64,000 bases of DNA from the NCBI GenBank assembly GCA_964291235.2, contig OZ219816.1, positions 1,824,001 to 1,888,000 of the forward strand, given 5' to 3'. The notes under the pieces are model-generated. The model did not search any database. It saw only the letters and a program-made list of their open reading frames with translations, and was not told the DNA's origin. A program made the position numbers and the translations under genes. Within the stretch, counting starts at the first letter, position 1; each line of letters begins with the position of its first letter. This document shows, piece after piece, positions 38,688 to 48,283 of the stretch. This stretch comes from Vicinamibacteria bacterium. Its GTDB lineage: Bacteria > Acidobacteriota > Vicinamibacteria > Marinacidobacterales > Marinacidobacteraceae.

Positions 38688-39412
38688 GTCACGTTCTGGA
38701 GCTCCGGGGGGTCGGGAAGACCTTCTCCGGAATCCCTGCCCTCCGGGACATCCACCTCGCGGTGGGATCTGCGGAGCTGGTAGCGCTGATCGGGCCGTCC
38801 GGCTCCGGGAAAAGCACGCTGCTCCGCTGCTGCAACCGTCTGGCCGAGCCAGACGGCGGGGACGTCATCTTCGAAGGGCAACCGGTCCCCGCGGGAGGCG
38901 CCGAACTCGCCTCCGTGCGGCGGCGGATGGGCATGGTGTTCCAGGCGTTCAACCTCTACCCGCACCTGAGCGCGCTCGAAAATGCCGCCCTCGCACCGCG
39001 CCGCGCGGCAGGACTCACGCAGGTCGAAGCAGAAACGGCGGCGCGGGAGGCGCTCGAACGGGTGGGTCTCGGGGACCGGACGGGCGCTATGCCGGATGAA
39101 CTCTCCGGGGGCCAGCAGCAGCGCGTCGCCATCGCGCGGGCGCTCGCGCTCAAGCCCCGCATCCTGCTGCTCGACGAACCCACGAGCGCCCTCGACCCCG
39201 AACTGGTGGGCAGCGTCCTGCGGGTGATCCGGTCCCTGAAGGAGGACGGGGTCGCAATGATGATCGCCACCCACGAGATCGCCTTCGCTCGGGAGGCCGC
39301 CGACCGGATCGCCTTCCTGGCCGAAGGGGAGATCCTCGAGTGCGGCCCGCCGGAAGAGATCCTCGACCACCCAAAGAGCGAAAGGCTCCAGAACTTCCTG
39401 AGCCGCCTTTAG
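38684..39412 (+). CDS. Amino acid ABC transporter ATP-binding protein (GlnQ-like)
   Basis: GPSGSGKST, MVFQ.FNL.PH, LSGGQQQRVAIARAL and LLDEPTSALDPE motifs. Confidence 0.95.
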   Translation: MSHVLELRGVGKTFSGIPALRDIHLAVGSAELVALIGPSGSGKSTLLRCCNRLAEPDGGDVIFEGQPVPAGGAELASVRRRMGMVFQAFNLYPHLSALENAALAPRRAAGLTQVEAETAAREALERVGLGDRTGAMPDELSGGQQQRVAIARALALKPRILLLDEPTSALDPELVGSVLRVIRSLKEDGVAMMIATHEIAFAREAADRIAFLAEGEILECGPPEEILDHPKSERLQNFLSRL

Positions 39413-39425
39413 ACGCGCCGGTCCA

Positions 39426-40094
39426 ATGCGCATCTTCTTCGACCCGGAGGTCCTCGCCGCCGCCTGGCCGGCCATCCGATCCGGGATCGGCGTGACGCTC
39501 GGGCTCGCGCTCTCCTCGATCGCCGCCGGCGTGGCGCTCGGACTCCTGCTCGCCACCATCCGCGCGCTCCTCCGGGGGGCGCCGCTCCGGCCGGTCGGAG
39601 GACTGATCGCCGCCTACGCCGATGTCTTCCGCGCCCTCCCGCCGCTCGTCCTGCTCGTCGTCCTTTATTTCGCGGCGCCGTTCGCGGGGATCGAACTGAG
39701 CGGTTTCATGGCGGCCTTCGTAGCCCTGGGACTCGTGCTGGGCGCCTCGGCGGAGGAGATCTTCTGGGCCGGCATCACCTCGGTGAACCGCGGGCAGTGG
39801 GAGGCGGCGCTTTCCACCGGACTCAGCCGCGGGGAAGCGTTCCGCCGGGTGGTGCTGCCGCAGGCGGTGCGCCTCACCATCCCCCCTCTCACCAACCGGG
39901 CGATCGCCACCGGCAAGAACACCGCGCTCGCTTCGGTCGTGGCAGTGCCCGAAGTACTGAACCAGGCCGCGAGCATCCAGGCGCAGACCGCAAGTCCGGC
40001 ACCGCTCCTGCTCGCCGCCGGCGTCTACGTCGCCCTCTTCCTCCCGCTCGTCCGCGCGGGGCGCTGGCTGGAAACGCGCTTCCCCACCCGCTGA
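39426..40094 (+). CDS. Amino acid ABC transporter permease
   Basis: FRALPPLV, EIF.AGI..V..GQWEAA...G, V.LPQA.R...PP and KNT.LAS motifs. Confidence 0.93.
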   Translation: MRIFFDPEVLAAAWPAIRSGIGVTLGLALSSIAAGVALGLLLATIRALLRGAPLRPVGGLIAAYADVFRALPPLVLLVVLYFAAPFAGIELSGFMAAFVALGLVLGASAEEIFWAGITSVNRGQWEAALSTGLSRGEAFRRVVLPQAVRLTIPPLTNRAIATGKNTALASVVAVPEVLNQAASIQAQTASPAPLLLAAGVYVALFLPLVRAGRWLETRFPTR

Positions 40095-40100
40095 GCCGTC

Positions 40101-40772
40101 GTGTCCGAGTTCTTCCAGACCTTCCTGAACCCGCAGGTGATGGCGGAGAGCTCCGGGCTCCTGCTGCGGGGTCTGCTGGTCACCGTCGAAGCGTGCTTGA
40201 TCGTGATTCCCGGAGGACTGTTCTTCGGCGCCGGTCTGGCGCTCGCCCAGACGCTCGCTCCCCGCGGGGTAACCGGGCTTCTTTCCTGGGGCGTGGACCT
40301 GGTGCGCGCCTTCCCGCCCCTGGTGCTGCTCGTTCTCATCGTCCACGGGCTGCCGTTCCTGGGCATCGAGCCGCCGCCGCTCCTGGGAGTCGGGATCGCG
40401 CTCACCATCAACACCTCGACCTACTACGGGGAGATCCTGCGGGCCGGAATCCTGAGCATCGAGCCGACCCAGTGGGAGGCGGCGCGCTCCACCGGGCTCG
40501 GCACCGCGGCGACGCTGCGCCATGTGATCCTTCCCCAGGGCGTCCGGAACGTGCTCCCCGACCTGGCGGGCAACACGCTCGAGGCCGTCAAGCTGACTTC
40601 GTTGGCAAGCGTGGTGGCGCTACCCGATCTGCTGCGGATGGCGCGGGTCGCGCAGGGGGTGCATTTCAACCCCTCACCGCTGATCCTGGCGGCGCTCCTT
40701 TACCTGGCGCTGCTCTGGCCGCTGGTCCGGCTCATCCGCCGACTCGGCGGGCGCGCGGTCCTACCGGCCTAG
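40101..40772 (+). CDS. Amino acid ABC transporter permease
   Basis: RAFPPLV, EILRAGI.SI...QWEAARSTG, VILPQ.VR and KLTSLAS motifs. Confidence 0.93.
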   Translation: MSEFFQTFLNPQVMAESSGLLLRGLLVTVEACLIVIPGGLFFGAGLALAQTLAPRGVTGLLSWGVDLVRAFPPLVLLVLIVHGLPFLGIEPPPLLGVGIALTINTSTYYGEILRAGILSIEPTQWEAARSTGLGTAATLRHVILPQGVRNVLPDLAGNTLEAVKLTSLASVVALPDLLRMARVAQGVHFNPSPLILAALLYLALLWPLVRLIRRLGGRAVLPA

Positions 40773-40808
40773 CCACCCCTGGTTTGGCCGCGCCCGCTAC
40801 GGGCCGGC

Positions 40809-42923
40809 TCACTCCTCACCCACGAACCGGACCCGATGTCCCGTGGGCGCCACCTCGACCCGGAGCGAGAGTCCGTCCAGCAGAACCGTTCCGCCATCCT
40901 CGACGGCGCCCGTTCGTTCCCCGTCCTCATCCCGGGAACACTCATCGAGAATCCCGTTGCGGTTCGTATCGACGCATACGAAGTCGCTCAGCGAGGCGAC
41001 CGCCACGGTGTCGGAGTTCCCGGCGAGCCCGCCCGGCCCGCCGGTGTTGAAGAGACCGTCCACATTCGCATCAACGACGCCGACCAGGACCGGTTCACCG
41101 GCAGGCGGATCGACTTCGCCAACCCAGGTGCTGCCGCCCATCACGCCCAGCCCCTCGGAAAGATCGCGCCCGGTCCACAACCGGATCGCGTAGGGCAACG
41201 TTTCGCCGGAGGCGTAGGAGACCCGCAGCACGGTGTGGACACCGGGTTCGCGCCACGGATCCCCCCGGTTGCGCCCCAGCAGCAGGGGAGGTCCGTCATC
41301 GGTCAGATCGCGGTTCTGGTTGCGATCCACATGGATGCGGTCCACGAAGTGCTCGAAGTAGGCGAGCGGGTCGGGCGAGTCCTCGCACAGCGCCGGAAAC
41401 AGGACGGTCTCGCAGGCTTCGGCCCGGTGGAATCGCTCGACCATGACGTGGAACTCGCGGGTTCCGTCCCCCAGTTCGAGGACGTGGTAGGACTGCTCGT
41501 CCCCCTCCGCCGGCGGAAAGACGACGGACGTGTTCCTTCCGGCGAGTGTCGGGACCACAGGGTGTTCCGCGTTCGTGACGGACAGGACGCCCTCCACGTT
41601 CGTGCGGAATGTCAGGTGCTCGTTCCGGCCGCCCGGCTCCAGAACCGGGTCCAGCCGATCCGGCATCCCGTCGCCGTCGTCATCGTCGTCGAGGTTGTCT
41701 CCGATTCCGTCCCCGTCCGTATCCCTCCACTCTCCCGGATCCAGGGGGAACGGGTCGGCAGCGTTCTCCACCCCGTCGCCGTCGGCGTCCGCGTCCTCGA
41801 AATTCCCAATCCCGTCGCGGTCGGTGTCGAGGTACTCGCGCCGATCCGTGGGGAGGGCGTCCAGGAAATCCAGCGCGCCGTCATCATCGTCGTCCGGGTC
41901 CCGGGAGTTGGGGATTCCGTCGCCGTCCGGATCCTCGCTGGCCGCCGCGGCGCCTCTTCCCTGGAGTCCGCCGAGCGAGAGCCACTGCCATATTTCCGGC
42001 CAGGAAGTGGCGCCCAGCGCGCAGTGCCCGCCGGGCGCGGCGAGATCCCAGCGGGTGTCGAGCCCCAGGGTCTCGTCGTAGTACTGAGCGAGAGCGACGG
42101 ACTCGCCGTGCAGGAAGTCTCCGGTAGTGGCCTGCACGAAGACCCGGAAGCGCTCGCCCACAAAGTCCGCGGAGGACGGGTTCCAGGGAATGGAAGGACT
42201 CCACTCGGGCGCGGCTCGGGGTGGGCGCCGGCCGGAGTCCGGATCCCACAGACAGCCGCACCAGGCATGAAAACCGCCCCCGTAGATCCCCGCGTAGCGC
42301 TCGAAGAACCGCGCGAGGAAACAGGTCCCCTGGGACGCGCCGAAGAACACGATCTGGTCGTGATTGACCGCGGCCGAGGCGCCGAACCCGCTCTGCAGGA
42401 GTTCGTGGAGGAGCCGCAGGTCGCGGTGTTCCCAGGCGCGCCGGCCGTCCCCTTCGAAGTCCTGGTCGAACAACTCGGCAGGATGCCCGCGCGGGGTGGA
42501 TTGCGGCGCGGCCACCAAGGCAGCGATGAGGCCGAGTTCGTGCGCCGCGGCGATGGGCCCCGAACCGGCCGGGATGAAGTTCACCAGCCTCTCGGTGGTC
42601 CCCGTCGCGAGGCCGTGCAGAAAGATCAGCACGCCGCGCGGCGCCTTCAGGTCCCAGCTCTCGTCGAAGTGCAGCCGGAAGCGGATGGTCCGACCCTCGG
42701 AGTTCGTGAACGTTCCATCCAGGGGTGAACCGGGCGGCGGGTCCGGCTCGGGAGGCGGAGGCGGGGGTGGCGGAGCGGGCGGCGGTTGGGTGGGAACCGT
42801 CGGAGCGGGGGCCGGGGCGCTGTCATCCGCGCACCCCGCGACGAACGAGGCAGCCGCAGCCGACAACAGGAGCGCCAGGGCCGCCCTTCCCGAGATTGGG
42901 GAGGCATCTCTCGGGTGAGGCAT
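40809..42923 (-). CDS. Lipoprotein with alpha/beta-hydrolase-like domain and thrombospondin type 3-like Ca-binding repeats
   Basis: Lipobox FVAGC, Pro-rich linker, LIFLHG and GASQG motifs, tandem DxDGDG repeats (~41650-41935), C-terminal domain with D.N.. motifs. Confidence 0.65.
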   Translation of the reverse strand: MPHPRDASPISGRAALALLLSAAAASFVAGCADDSAPAPAPTVPTQPPPAPPPPPPPPEPDPPPGSPLDGTFTNSEGRTIRFRLHFDESWDLKAPRGVLIFLHGLATGTTERLVNFIPAGSGPIAAAHELGLIAALVAAPQSTPRGHPAELFDQDFEGDGRRAWEHRDLRLLHELLQSGFGASAAVNHDQIVFFGASQGTCFLARFFERYAGIYGGGFHAWCGCLWDPDSGRRPPRAAPEWSPSIPWNPSSADFVGERFRVFVQATTGDFLHGESVALAQYYDETLGLDTRWDLAAPGGHCALGATSWPEIWQWLSLGGLQGRGAAAASEDPDGDGIPNSRDPDDDDDGALDFLDALPTDRREYLDTDRDGIGNFEDADADGDGVENAADPFPLDPGEWRDTDGDGIGDNLDDDDDGDGMPDRLDPVLEPGGRNEHLTFRTNVEGVLSVTNAEHPVVPTLAGRNTSVVFPPAEGDEQSYHVLELGDGTREFHVMVERFHRAEACETVLFPALCEDSPDPLAYFEHFVDRIHVDRNQNRDLTDDGPPLLLGRNRGDPWREPGVHTVLRVSYASGETLPYAIRLWTGRDLSEGLGVMGGSTWVGEVDPPAGEPVLVGVVDANVDGLFNTGGPGGLAGNSDTVAVASLSDFVCVDTNRNGILDECSRDEDGERTGAVEDGGTVLLDGLSLRVEVAPTGHRVRFVGEE

Positions 42924-42940
42924 CAGGTCAGCCCGGAGCC

Positions 42941-43870
42941 TCAGTCCGGGGGCAGCGGGGCGGTGCGCTCCGTGATCAGCCCGTAGTGCTCGGTCCGCCG
43001 GTGGCGGGCGAAATCGAAGACGTGGCACCTCAGGTCGGTTCCCACTTCGAGATCGCAGTCGGCGATGATCAGTTCGTCTCCCTCGCCCGCCGACTCGGCA
43101 ACGATCTCCCCGTTCGGAGAGACGATCGCCGAGCCGGCAATGAGGCGGCTGCCGTCCTCGACGCCGCACTTCGCGGCGGCCACCACCCAGGTGGCGTTCT
43201 GGTAGGCGCCCGCCTGCAGCGATAGCCGGTGGTGGAACATCCGGAGGTGCGCCGGCTCCCGGTGGTGGATGTTCACCTCGGGGGTGTTGTATCCGAGCAC
43301 GATCATCTCGACGCCCTGGAGCCCGAGGACCCGGTAGGTCTCCGGCCAGCGGCGGTCGTTGCAGATGCACATCCCGAAGATCCCGTCAAAGGCGCGCCAC
43401 ACCGGAAACCCGAGGTCACCGACCTCGAAGTAGCGCTTTTCGAGATGTTGGAATGGCGCTTCGGGAAGGTGATGCGAGTGTCCGGGGAGATGGACCTTCC
43501 GGTACTTCGCGAGGATTTCGCCGCGGTCCACCAGGATCGCGGTGTTGAAATGGCGGTTGCCGCCCCCTTCCCGGACCAGTTCGGCGTAGCCGAGGTGGAA
43601 GCCGACGCCGAGCCGCCGGGACGCGTCGAACAGGGCCTGGGTCTCCGGGCCGGGCATCGCGGTCTCGAAATACTCGTCCGCGGCGGACGCGTTCTCGAAG
43701 AAGTAGCGCGGAAAGAAGGTGGTGAGGGTGAGTTCCGGAAAGACCACCAGCCGGCAGCCGCCCGCGGCCGCCCGTTCCATGAGGGCGAGCAGCCGCTCGA
43801 CCACCTGGGTTCTCGTCTCTTCCGGCTGGATGCCGCCGACCTGGGCGGCGGCGACCCGGAGGATGCGCAT
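42941..43870 (-). CDS. N-carbamoyl-D-amino acid hydrolase (D-carbamoylase, nitrilase superfamily)
   Basis: FPEL.LTTFFPR, YRKVHLPGH, QHLEKRYF, CNDRRWPE and QAGAYQN motifs characteristic of D-carbamoylase. Confidence 0.93.
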   Translation of the reverse strand: MRILRVAAAQVGGIQPEETRTQVVERLLALMERAAAGGCRLVVFPELTLTTFFPRYFFENASAADEYFETAMPGPETQALFDASRRLGVGFHLGYAELVREGGGNRHFNTAILVDRGEILAKYRKVHLPGHSHHLPEAPFQHLEKRYFEVGDLGFPVWRAFDGIFGMCICNDRRWPETYRVLGLQGVEMIVLGYNTPEVNIHHREPAHLRMFHHRLSLQAGAYQNATWVVAAAKCGVEDGSRLIAGSAIVSPNGEIVAESAGEGDELIIADCDLEVGTDLRCHVFDFARHRRTEHYGLITERTAPLPPD

Positions 43871-43927
43871 GGGCGCGGATTGTAGGAGGCGTGACCGGGG
43901 CCGCCCCCGGGGACGGATAATCGCGCA

Positions 43928-45589
43928 ATGCCTCGCTCTTCGCTGGTAGCCGCTCTGGCCGGCTTGATCTTCTGTGGCTGCGGGGGCGCCGAGGCGCCAC
44001 CGCCCCGCCCCAACATCCTGGTCCTGATCGCCGATGACCTCGGCTACACCGATCTCGGCGCCTTCGGCGGTGAGATCCGGACCCCCAACCTGGACGGCCT
44101 GGCCGCCTCCGGGCTGCGCTTCACGAGCTTCTACACCGCCGCCACCTGCTCGCCGACCCGCGCGATGCTGCTCTCCGGGGTGGACCACCACCGGGCCGGA
44201 CTCGGGGGGATGGCGAGCCTGATGGGGGACGACCTCGAGGGCCGGATCGGCTACGAGGGATATCTCAACGAGCATGTCTTCCACCTGCCCGCGGTGCTGC
44301 GGGACGCGGGCTACCACACCTCGATCGCCGGGAAATGGCACCTCGGCCAGGCGGCGGAGCAGAGCCCGCCGACCCGGGGATTCGACCGCTCGTTCGTCCT
44401 CCTGCCCGGAGCGGCCAGCCACTTCGAGGACGCGGCGCCGGTGGACACGCTCGACGACATCCACTACCGGCGCGACGGGGAGATCGTTCCGGCATTGCCC
44501 GCGGGCTTTTATTCCACCCGGGCGCACACCAACGAGCTCATCAGCTACATCCAGGAGGCGAAGGAGGCCGGCAAGCCCTTCTTCGCGCTCGGAACCTACA
44601 CCGCGCCCCACTGGCCGCTCCAGGTCCCCGACGAGTTCCTCGACCTCTACGCCGGAGCCTACGACGACGGCTGGGAGGAACTCGCCGCCCGGCGGGTGGC
44701 CGGGGCGAAGCGCGCCGGGGTGATTCCTGCGGACACGGCTCTCCCCCCGCTGCCCAACTACTCCCGGCGCTGGGACGAGTTGAGCGACGAGGAACGCCGG
44801 GTGGAGGCCCGCAAGATGGAGCTCTACGCCGCCATGGTGGAACGGCTCGATCACCACGTGGGCCGGCTGATCGCCGAAATCCGGGAACTCGGGGAGTTTG
44901 AGAACACCCTGATCGTCTTCTTCTCGGACAACGGAGCGGCCGGCGAGGACGTCAGCGGACTCGCTGACAACGAAACCTTCCTGCCCCAGCGGTTCGATCT
45001 GTCCTACGAAAACATGGGCCGCCTGGACTCCTTTGTCTACTACGGCCCGGAATGGGCCAGCGCCGCGAGCGGCCCCTACCGCCACTTCAAGCAGTTCGTC
45101 CACGAGGGCGGCATCCGGGTGCCGGGCTTCGCGATCGTGCCACCGGCGCTCGCCGAGCGGCTTCCGGGCGCCACGACCGACGCCTACCTCCACGTGACCG
45201 ATCTGTTTCCGACCTTCCTCGACCTCGCGGGGGTGGAAATGCCGGACGCTCCCGACAAGATCGCACCGGTCGGGCGATCCATGGCGCCCCTGCTGCGCGC
45301 CGAGGCCGAGGTGGTTCACGAGGAGCCCGCCGCGGGCTGGGAGATCTTCGGCCGCCGGGCGATCCGCAAGGGTTCGTGGAAGGCCTCCTGGCTGGCCCCG
45401 CCTCTCGGCAAGGGCGACTGGGCGCTTTACAACCTCGACGAGGATCCGGGCGAGTTGACCGACCTGGCGGATGCCCGTCCCGAGGTGCTCGCGGAACTGC
45501 TGGCCGCGTGGGACGACTACGTGGAGGAGAACGGGGTGATCGTCGTCGAAGAAGACCGGGCGTTCGGCCCGCCGGTGTCGCTGCGCTGA
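43928..45589 (+). CDS. Arylsulfatase (AtsA-like, lipoprotein)
   Basis: PNIL...ADDLG, CSPTR formylglycine motif, GKWHLG, APHWPLQ and SDNG. Confidence 0.93.
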   Translation: MPRSSLVAALAGLIFCGCGGAEAPPPRPNILVLIADDLGYTDLGAFGGEIRTPNLDGLAASGLRFTSFYTAATCSPTRAMLLSGVDHHRAGLGGMASLMGDDLEGRIGYEGYLNEHVFHLPAVLRDAGYHTSIAGKWHLGQAAEQSPPTRGFDRSFVLLPGAASHFEDAAPVDTLDDIHYRRDGEIVPALPAGFYSTRAHTNELISYIQEAKEAGKPFFALGTYTAPHWPLQVPDEFLDLYAGAYDDGWEELAARRVAGAKRAGVIPADTALPPLPNYSRRWDELSDEERRVEARKMELYAAMVERLDHHVGRLIAEIRELGEFENTLIVFFSDNGAAGEDVSGLADNETFLPQRFDLSYENMGRLDSFVYYGPEWASAASGPYRHFKQFVHEGGIRVPGFAIVPPALAERLPGATTDAYLHVTDLFPTFLDLAGVEMPDAPDKIAPVGRSMAPLLRAEAEVVHEEPAAGWEIFGRRAIRKGSWKASWLAPPLGKGDWALYNLDEDPGELTDLADARPEVLAELLAAWDDYVEENGVIVVEEDRAFGPPVSLR

Positions 45590-45604
45590 GCGAACGGGCG
45601 GCAG

Positions 45605-47074
45605 CTACTTCAGGAAATCCGTCGCCCCGAACCGGCGGGCCAGCGCCACCGACCAGGACGGACGGCCGAGCGGCGCGGCGGACCCGGGCCGGTCGCGGAC
45701 GATGAACTGTCCGCTGCCCGGCTGGGCGCGCGGCTGACCGTCCCGCACCACCACTTCGCCGCGCCGCAGCACGGTCTCGGGGAATCCCTTGATCTGACGG
45801 CCTTCGTACGGCGAATAGCCCACGTGGTCGTGGAGGTCCGCCCAGCGGATGTCCACCACCTGGTCCGGATTCCAGATCGCGAGGTCCGCATCACTTCCCG
45901 GCGCGATCGTTCCCTTCTTCGGATACAGGCCGAAGAGCCGGGCCGGCGCCTCGCAGCAGACCGCGACGAAGCGCTGGAGGCTGATCCGGGCCTTGCCGAC
46001 GCCCTCGGAGAAGAGCAGCGGCATCCGCAGCTCGACACCGGGAACGCCGTTACAGATCTTTGGGAAAGGCGGCTCGGGTCCCCACGCCAGCTTTCCCTTG
46101 TCGTCGAAGCTGTAGGGCGCGTGGTCGGAGCTGACCACGTCGAAAGTCCCGTCGGCGATGCCTTCCCAGAGCGCTTCCTGGCATTCCTCGTCGCGGGGCG
46201 CGGGACTGCAGCAGAACTTGGCCCCCTCCATCCCCGGCTTGTCGAGGTCCTCCGCGGTGAGCAGAAGGTACTGGGGACAGGTCTCGGCAAACACCTTGAG
46301 ACCGCGCCGCCGGGCGGCCGCGATCTCCTCGGCGGCTTCCTTCGAGGAGACGTGGACGATGTAGAGGGGCGCGTCCACGAGTTCGGACAGCTCGATGGCG
46401 CGGCCGGTGGCCTCGCTCTCGGCGAGCTTGGGGTGGCCGGCGGCGTGGAACTTGGGGGCCTGGTGCCCCTCCCCGACCAGACGCCCCGAGAGCCAGCCGA
46501 TCATGTCGTGATTTTCGGCATGGACCATGGTGAGCGCGCCCATCCGCCGCGCCGCTTCCAGGACATCGAGGAACTGCCGGTCGTCGAGGCGCACCAGGTC
46601 GTAGGTCATGTAGATCTTGAAAGAGACCACGCCCTCCGCGACGAGCTGCGGGATCTCCTCTTCGAGCGCCTCGGGCGTGGGGTCGGAGACGATGAGGTGA
46701 AACCCGTAGTCCGAGACCGCCTTCGGCCCCGCCGCCTCGTGGTAGGCGGCCACCACTTCCCGGGGTGAGGCTCCCTTCCCCTGCACCGCGAAGGAGAGGA
46801 CGGTGGTCGTGCCCCCGCAGACGGCCGAGACGGTCCCGGAGTGGTAGTCGTCGGCGCACATCAGCCCCATCGAGGACTTCTGCTCGATGTGGGTGTGGGC
46901 GTCCACGCCGCCGGGGATGACGAGCCGGCCCTTCGCGGAGAGTTCTTCCTCGCCGCTGCCGAGTTCCGGTTCGACGGCCCGGACCACGCCCCCCGAGATG
47001 CCGACATCGGCGGACCGGACACCCTCGGCGGTGACAACGGTGCCGCCGCGCACCACCAGATCGAAATCAGCCAT
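45605..47074 (-). CDS. hydA: Dihydropyrimidinase / D-hydantoinase
   Basis: PGGVDAHTH, GGTTT, SFKIYMTY, HAEN, VHVS, ETCPQYL, SSDHAP and G.I.PGSDAD motifs. Confidence 0.93.
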   Translation of the reverse strand: MADFDLVVRGGTVVTAEGVRSADVGISGGVVRAVEPELGSGEEELSAKGRLVIPGGVDAHTHIEQKSSMGLMCADDYHSGTVSAVCGGTTTVLSFAVQGKGASPREVVAAYHEAAGPKAVSDYGFHLIVSDPTPEALEEEIPQLVAEGVVSFKIYMTYDLVRLDDRQFLDVLEAARRMGALTMVHAENHDMIGWLSGRLVGEGHQAPKFHAAGHPKLAESEATGRAIELSELVDAPLYIVHVSSKEAAEEIAAARRRGLKVFAETCPQYLLLTAEDLDKPGMEGAKFCCSPAPRDEECQEALWEGIADGTFDVVSSDHAPYSFDDKGKLAWGPEPPFPKICNGVPGVELRMPLLFSEGVGKARISLQRFVAVCCEAPARLFGLYPKKGTIAPGSDADLAIWNPDQVVDIRWADLHDHVGYSPYEGRQIKGFPETVLRRGEVVVRDGQPRAQPGSGQFIVRDRPGSAAPLGRPSWSVALARRFGATDFLK

Positions 47075-47130
47075 CGGAAGCGCGCGATTCTAAGCGGAGC
47101 GCGTTCCGCCTTGTCCGCTCCGATGTCAGC

Positions 47131-47691
47131 TCAAGACATGAGTTTCAGCAAGCGGGTCGTCGTGTTCCAGTTACGGATCGTCATGTCCTGGTACACCGGC
47201 ATCGAGACGAGCCGGCTGAGGTAGCTCCGGGACGCCTGGCTGATCAGCCGCGAGAAGTAGAGGACTCCGTTGCCGGCCCAAGCCTCGTCCACACCGGGCC
47301 GGGTGCGGACCTTCTCGATAGCGGCGCCGGCCGTCAGGGCAGGTCTCAGGAAGAGGGTGTCGTAGCGATAGCGATCGGGTTGCGACCCGAATCCGGCCGG
47401 CGCTCCGGCGACCACCGCCTCCATCTCCTCGCGGGAGCGCAGCACAACTCGGGCCTGGTAGTTGAACGCCGAGGCCAACATCTCCTCGATGCGAATCGTC
47501 AGTGGGCCGGGAGCCGAGCCGGACGAATGGAAGATCACGTTTCCGCTCTGGATATAGGTGGTGACCTCACGGAAGCCCTCAACCTCGAAGCGGCTGCGGA
47601 GTTCGGCCATCCGGATCACGTTCTTGCCGCCGACGTTGATGCCGCGCAGGAGAGCGACGTAGGTGTCGCCCGGCGTGCCGGATAGCGTCAT
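47131..47691 (-). CDS. DUF1697 family protein
   Basis: YVALLRGINVGG, V.TYIQSGNVIF and TIRNWNT motifs. Confidence 0.9.
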   Translation of the reverse strand: MTLSGTPGDTYVALLRGINVGGKNVIRMAELRSRFEVEGFREVTTYIQSGNVIFHSSGSAPGPLTIRIEEMLASAFNYQARVVLRSREEMEAVVAGAPAGFGSQPDRYRYDTLFLRPALTAGAAIEKVRTRPGVDEAWAGNGVLYFSRLISQASRSYLSRLVSMPVYQDMTIRNWNTTTRLLKLMS

Positions 47692-47730
47692 GTCAAGGCG
47701 GCTTGATCCGTCGAGCGCCGCCGATTGCCC

Positions 47731-48219
47731 TTATTCCCGGATCACCCGGCCGAACATGAAGCCGCCGACCTCGCCGTGGTCCCAGGTGCCGCCGTAGCGA
47801 TCGCCGTCAAACACGATCGTGGCGCCGAACTCCTCGCCCAGGCCGGGAATCTCGAAATCCACCATGCGGATGATCGGAACGTCCCCGGCCCAGCGAATCG
47901 GGACCACAACCGGCAGGGTCACATCCACGTCGCCGTAGGTGATCCGGGCATCGAACCGCCAGCGGTCGCCGTCCAGCTTGGTCACGCCCGCGATCTCGTA
48001 GCGGTCGCTGTAAACGCCGTCCCGAGCTTCCGGCCAGGCGACGGTGAAGCTGCCGTCGAGCACCACCTCGCGCATCCGCTCCTCGAAGGCCCGCTCACGG
48101 TCTTCGAGGCTCGCTTCCGGGGCCACCCGTCCGACTCCGATCCCCGACGCAAGCCAGCCGGCGCCTCCCGCGAGAGCGAGGAGCGAAACGAGTGCCGCGA
48201 TCTTCAAAATGCTGCGCAT
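47731..48219 (-). CDS. Hypothetical exported beta-rich protein
   Basis: N-terminal hydrophobic segment, GGAGG RBS, C-terminal YGGTWDHGEVGGFMFG. Confidence 0.6.
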   Translation of the reverse strand: MRSILKIAALVSLLALAGGAGWLASGIGVGRVAPEASLEDRERAFEERMREVVLDGSFTVAWPEARDGVYSDRYEIAGVTKLDGDRWRFDARITYGDVDVTLPVVVPIRWAGDVPIIRMVDFEIPGLGEEFGATIVFDGDRYGGTWDHGEVGGFMFGRVIRE

Positions 48220-48283
48220 GACGAGCCTCCCAAGCGAAGGGGACGGTAGCACCGGGCGGGACCGCCGCTATCCTGTTTCCGCG

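Noticed and set aside
43871-45319. 792-aa fusion ending in the D-carbamoylase
   Set aside because: The upstream part is the antisense shadow of the arylsulfatase; the carbamoylase has its own -10 and ATG at 43870.
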